NCBI GenBank assembly: GCA_949841045.1
Contig: CATKXS010000005.1
Span: 650 to 64,649, forward strand
Reading direction: 5' to 3'
Length of the DNA stretch: 64,000 bases
DNA from: an uncultured Clostridia bacterium
GTDB lineage: Bacteria; Bacillota; Clostridia; Christensenellales; UBA1242
Below the pieces are notes generated by a model, which was not told where the DNA came from, ran no database searches, and worked only from the letters and a program-made list of their open reading frames with translations. Below are positions 62,708 to 64,000 of the stretch, in pieces; the first letter of the stretch is position 1, and every line of letters starts with the position of its first letter. A program made the position numbers and the translations under genes.

Positions 62708-64000
62708 ATGAAAAAAATAAAAAGATTTAGTTTATATATTTTTGTAGCTCTTGTTTTAGGTTTACTTGGAACTCTTGCCCTAACCTTGCCTAATTCGGGG
62801 GGGGGCTCAGCAAAATGCTGAAGTTGGCATAGAGAAAGACTCGGCTTATGCTGCAACTACTACTGCAACTGTTTTTGGATATTATTCTAGTAGTTTAATT
62901 AATGCTGAAGAGTATCACGATGTCAATGGCAGAGGTTACCCTGAATGGTTAGGCAATTTGGCAACATTTTCAATGAGAATAGGAAGCACGACTTATTCAA
63001 TATCTGGACGAACAAACATTAGTTTGACTAGTGGGACTACATATACGTTCACTGTTTTGACAGTACCGACAGGTTATAATTTTGTAGGCTGGTGGGAAGA
63101 AGAGGACCTATCAGATGATGCAAATTCATTTTATGATTATTACCTACGCTCAACCTCGACAAGTTGTTCAATGACTGCTAAGTGGGGATATATTGACTAT
63201 TTTCCAGTTTTTGAACCTGCGGGTGCAACCTATACCATCACTGCAAACGGAAATGGTGGACGTGTAGGCAATGCAGATGATGAATGGCTACATAGTAGTG
63301 ATTATACTACCGCAACACGAAGGGTCTTTGTTGGAGATACGTATGCTGCTTTGCCTGAAGGAGGAAATCGAAGTGGATATATTTTTACAGGGTGGTATAC
63401 TTAACAATCCGCTGCCAACAGTTCAAATCCAAATTACTTGGTTTTACAAAATAAGGTTGCAACAAGCAATGCAACAATTTATGCAGGCTGGAAATCAGTA
63501 GGTAGTACTAACTATATCCGTACCATATTAGTGTACAGGCAGACACTTCCAATTACATATTCTAATGGTTGGTATCAAACTCTTTATGATGAATATTATT
63601 ATAAATATTTTGTTTCAGGTTCAAATTGGAATATTCCAACTACAAATTCTGGCTATGACGTAACATATAATACCAACATAAATGGTACAGGCTCTCAAGT
63701 CACCACAGGTACAACTGTGACTTCAAATACCTATTTCGCTTATGCACAAGTCAACGCGAAACAATTTACTATTACATATCATAGTAATTATGGAAGTGAT
63801 GAGACTAAAACTCAAGGCGTTGTTTATGATACACCTTTGAATATTCGAGAAGGTTTGTCTAGGCCGGGCTATACTTTTTTAGGTTGGGGGAAATCTTCCA
63901 TTCAAACTAGTCCAACTTATACCGCAGGACAATCTGTCACAAATCCATTTGGTGCAAGCGGTGGAGACCTTTATGCAATATGGAGTGCGAACTCCTACAC
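62708..64000 (+). pseudogene. large secreted Listeria-Bacteroides-repeat (GY.F.GW) surface protein; out of frame at a G9 tract, with an in-frame TAA; continues past the window end
   Basis: Signal peptide MKKIKRFSLYIFVALVLGLLGTLALTLPNSGGG is followed by G9 (62797-805) and a stop at 62819. The +1 frame is open from 62805 through the track ORF 62958..63404. After TAA (63402-04) the same frame stays open to 64000. Repeats GYNFVGW, GYIFTGW and GYTFLGW are present. Confidence 0.7.

Noticed and set aside
62629-62856. 75-aa minus-strand ORF overlapping the surface-protein signal peptide and G9 tract
   Set aside because: It is antisense to a gene start with an RBS and signal peptide. It begins in the G/C tract, has low-complexity K/F/L-rich sequence and no RBS.
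63402-63404. Stop-codon reassignment (TAA as sense) to explain the in-frame TAA
   Set aside because: Dozens of genes in the window end cleanly on TAA at the expected protein C-termini (ppdK, ftsZ, mraY and others). RF2 with its UGA frameshift site is also present, so the standard code 11 applies.

Overview
AT-rich chromosomal segment (roughly one-third G+C by eye, not computed) from a spore-forming Firmicutes/Clostridia-type bacterium. Most of it is core housekeeping. It holds ppdK, rpoZ, cwlD, spoIIE, dnaX-ybaB-recR, argS and spoVG. A long cell-wall/division/sporulation cluster follows: murF-ddl-murE-mraY-murD-ftsW-(orphan ORF)-murA-ftsQ-ftsA-ftsZ-spoIIGA-sigE-sigG-ylmC. After it come nrdR, feoAB, rpmB, asp23/DAK2, tlyA, prfB (with the classic +1 frameshift), tsaD, a U32 peptidase, sepF, lspA and rluD. 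No rRNA, tRNA, CRISPR array, transposase or integrase is visible. Four things stand out. (1) A family of more than 30 short hairpins has the strand-specific architecture A-run / 5-bp variable stem / TAA loop / (G)AACG box. It occurs as singletons and as phased tandem arrays: about 57-63 bp period at 17.7 kb, 31.3 kb and 58.3-58.7 kb, and about 30 bp period at 39.9 kb and 44.3 kb. Both stem arms change together, and I cannot assign the family to any named class. (2) Four G/C homopolymer tracts (7-9 nt) sit in otherwise AT-rich DNA. Three lie in the spacers of TTGACA-type promoters of membrane-protein genes. One lies just after the signal peptide of a large repeat-containing surface protein, which is currently out of frame and also carries an in-frame TAA. 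Together these look like a set of slipped-strand phase-variation switches. (3) dnaX is split at an A9 run into a gamma-length ORF and a -1-frame ORF resembling the DnaX C-terminal domain. (4) A small divergent HTH/XRE switch has perfect palindromic operators, an apparently leaderless transcript and an isolated GC-rich leader hairpin. All functional calls come from motif recognition by eye; no database search was run.
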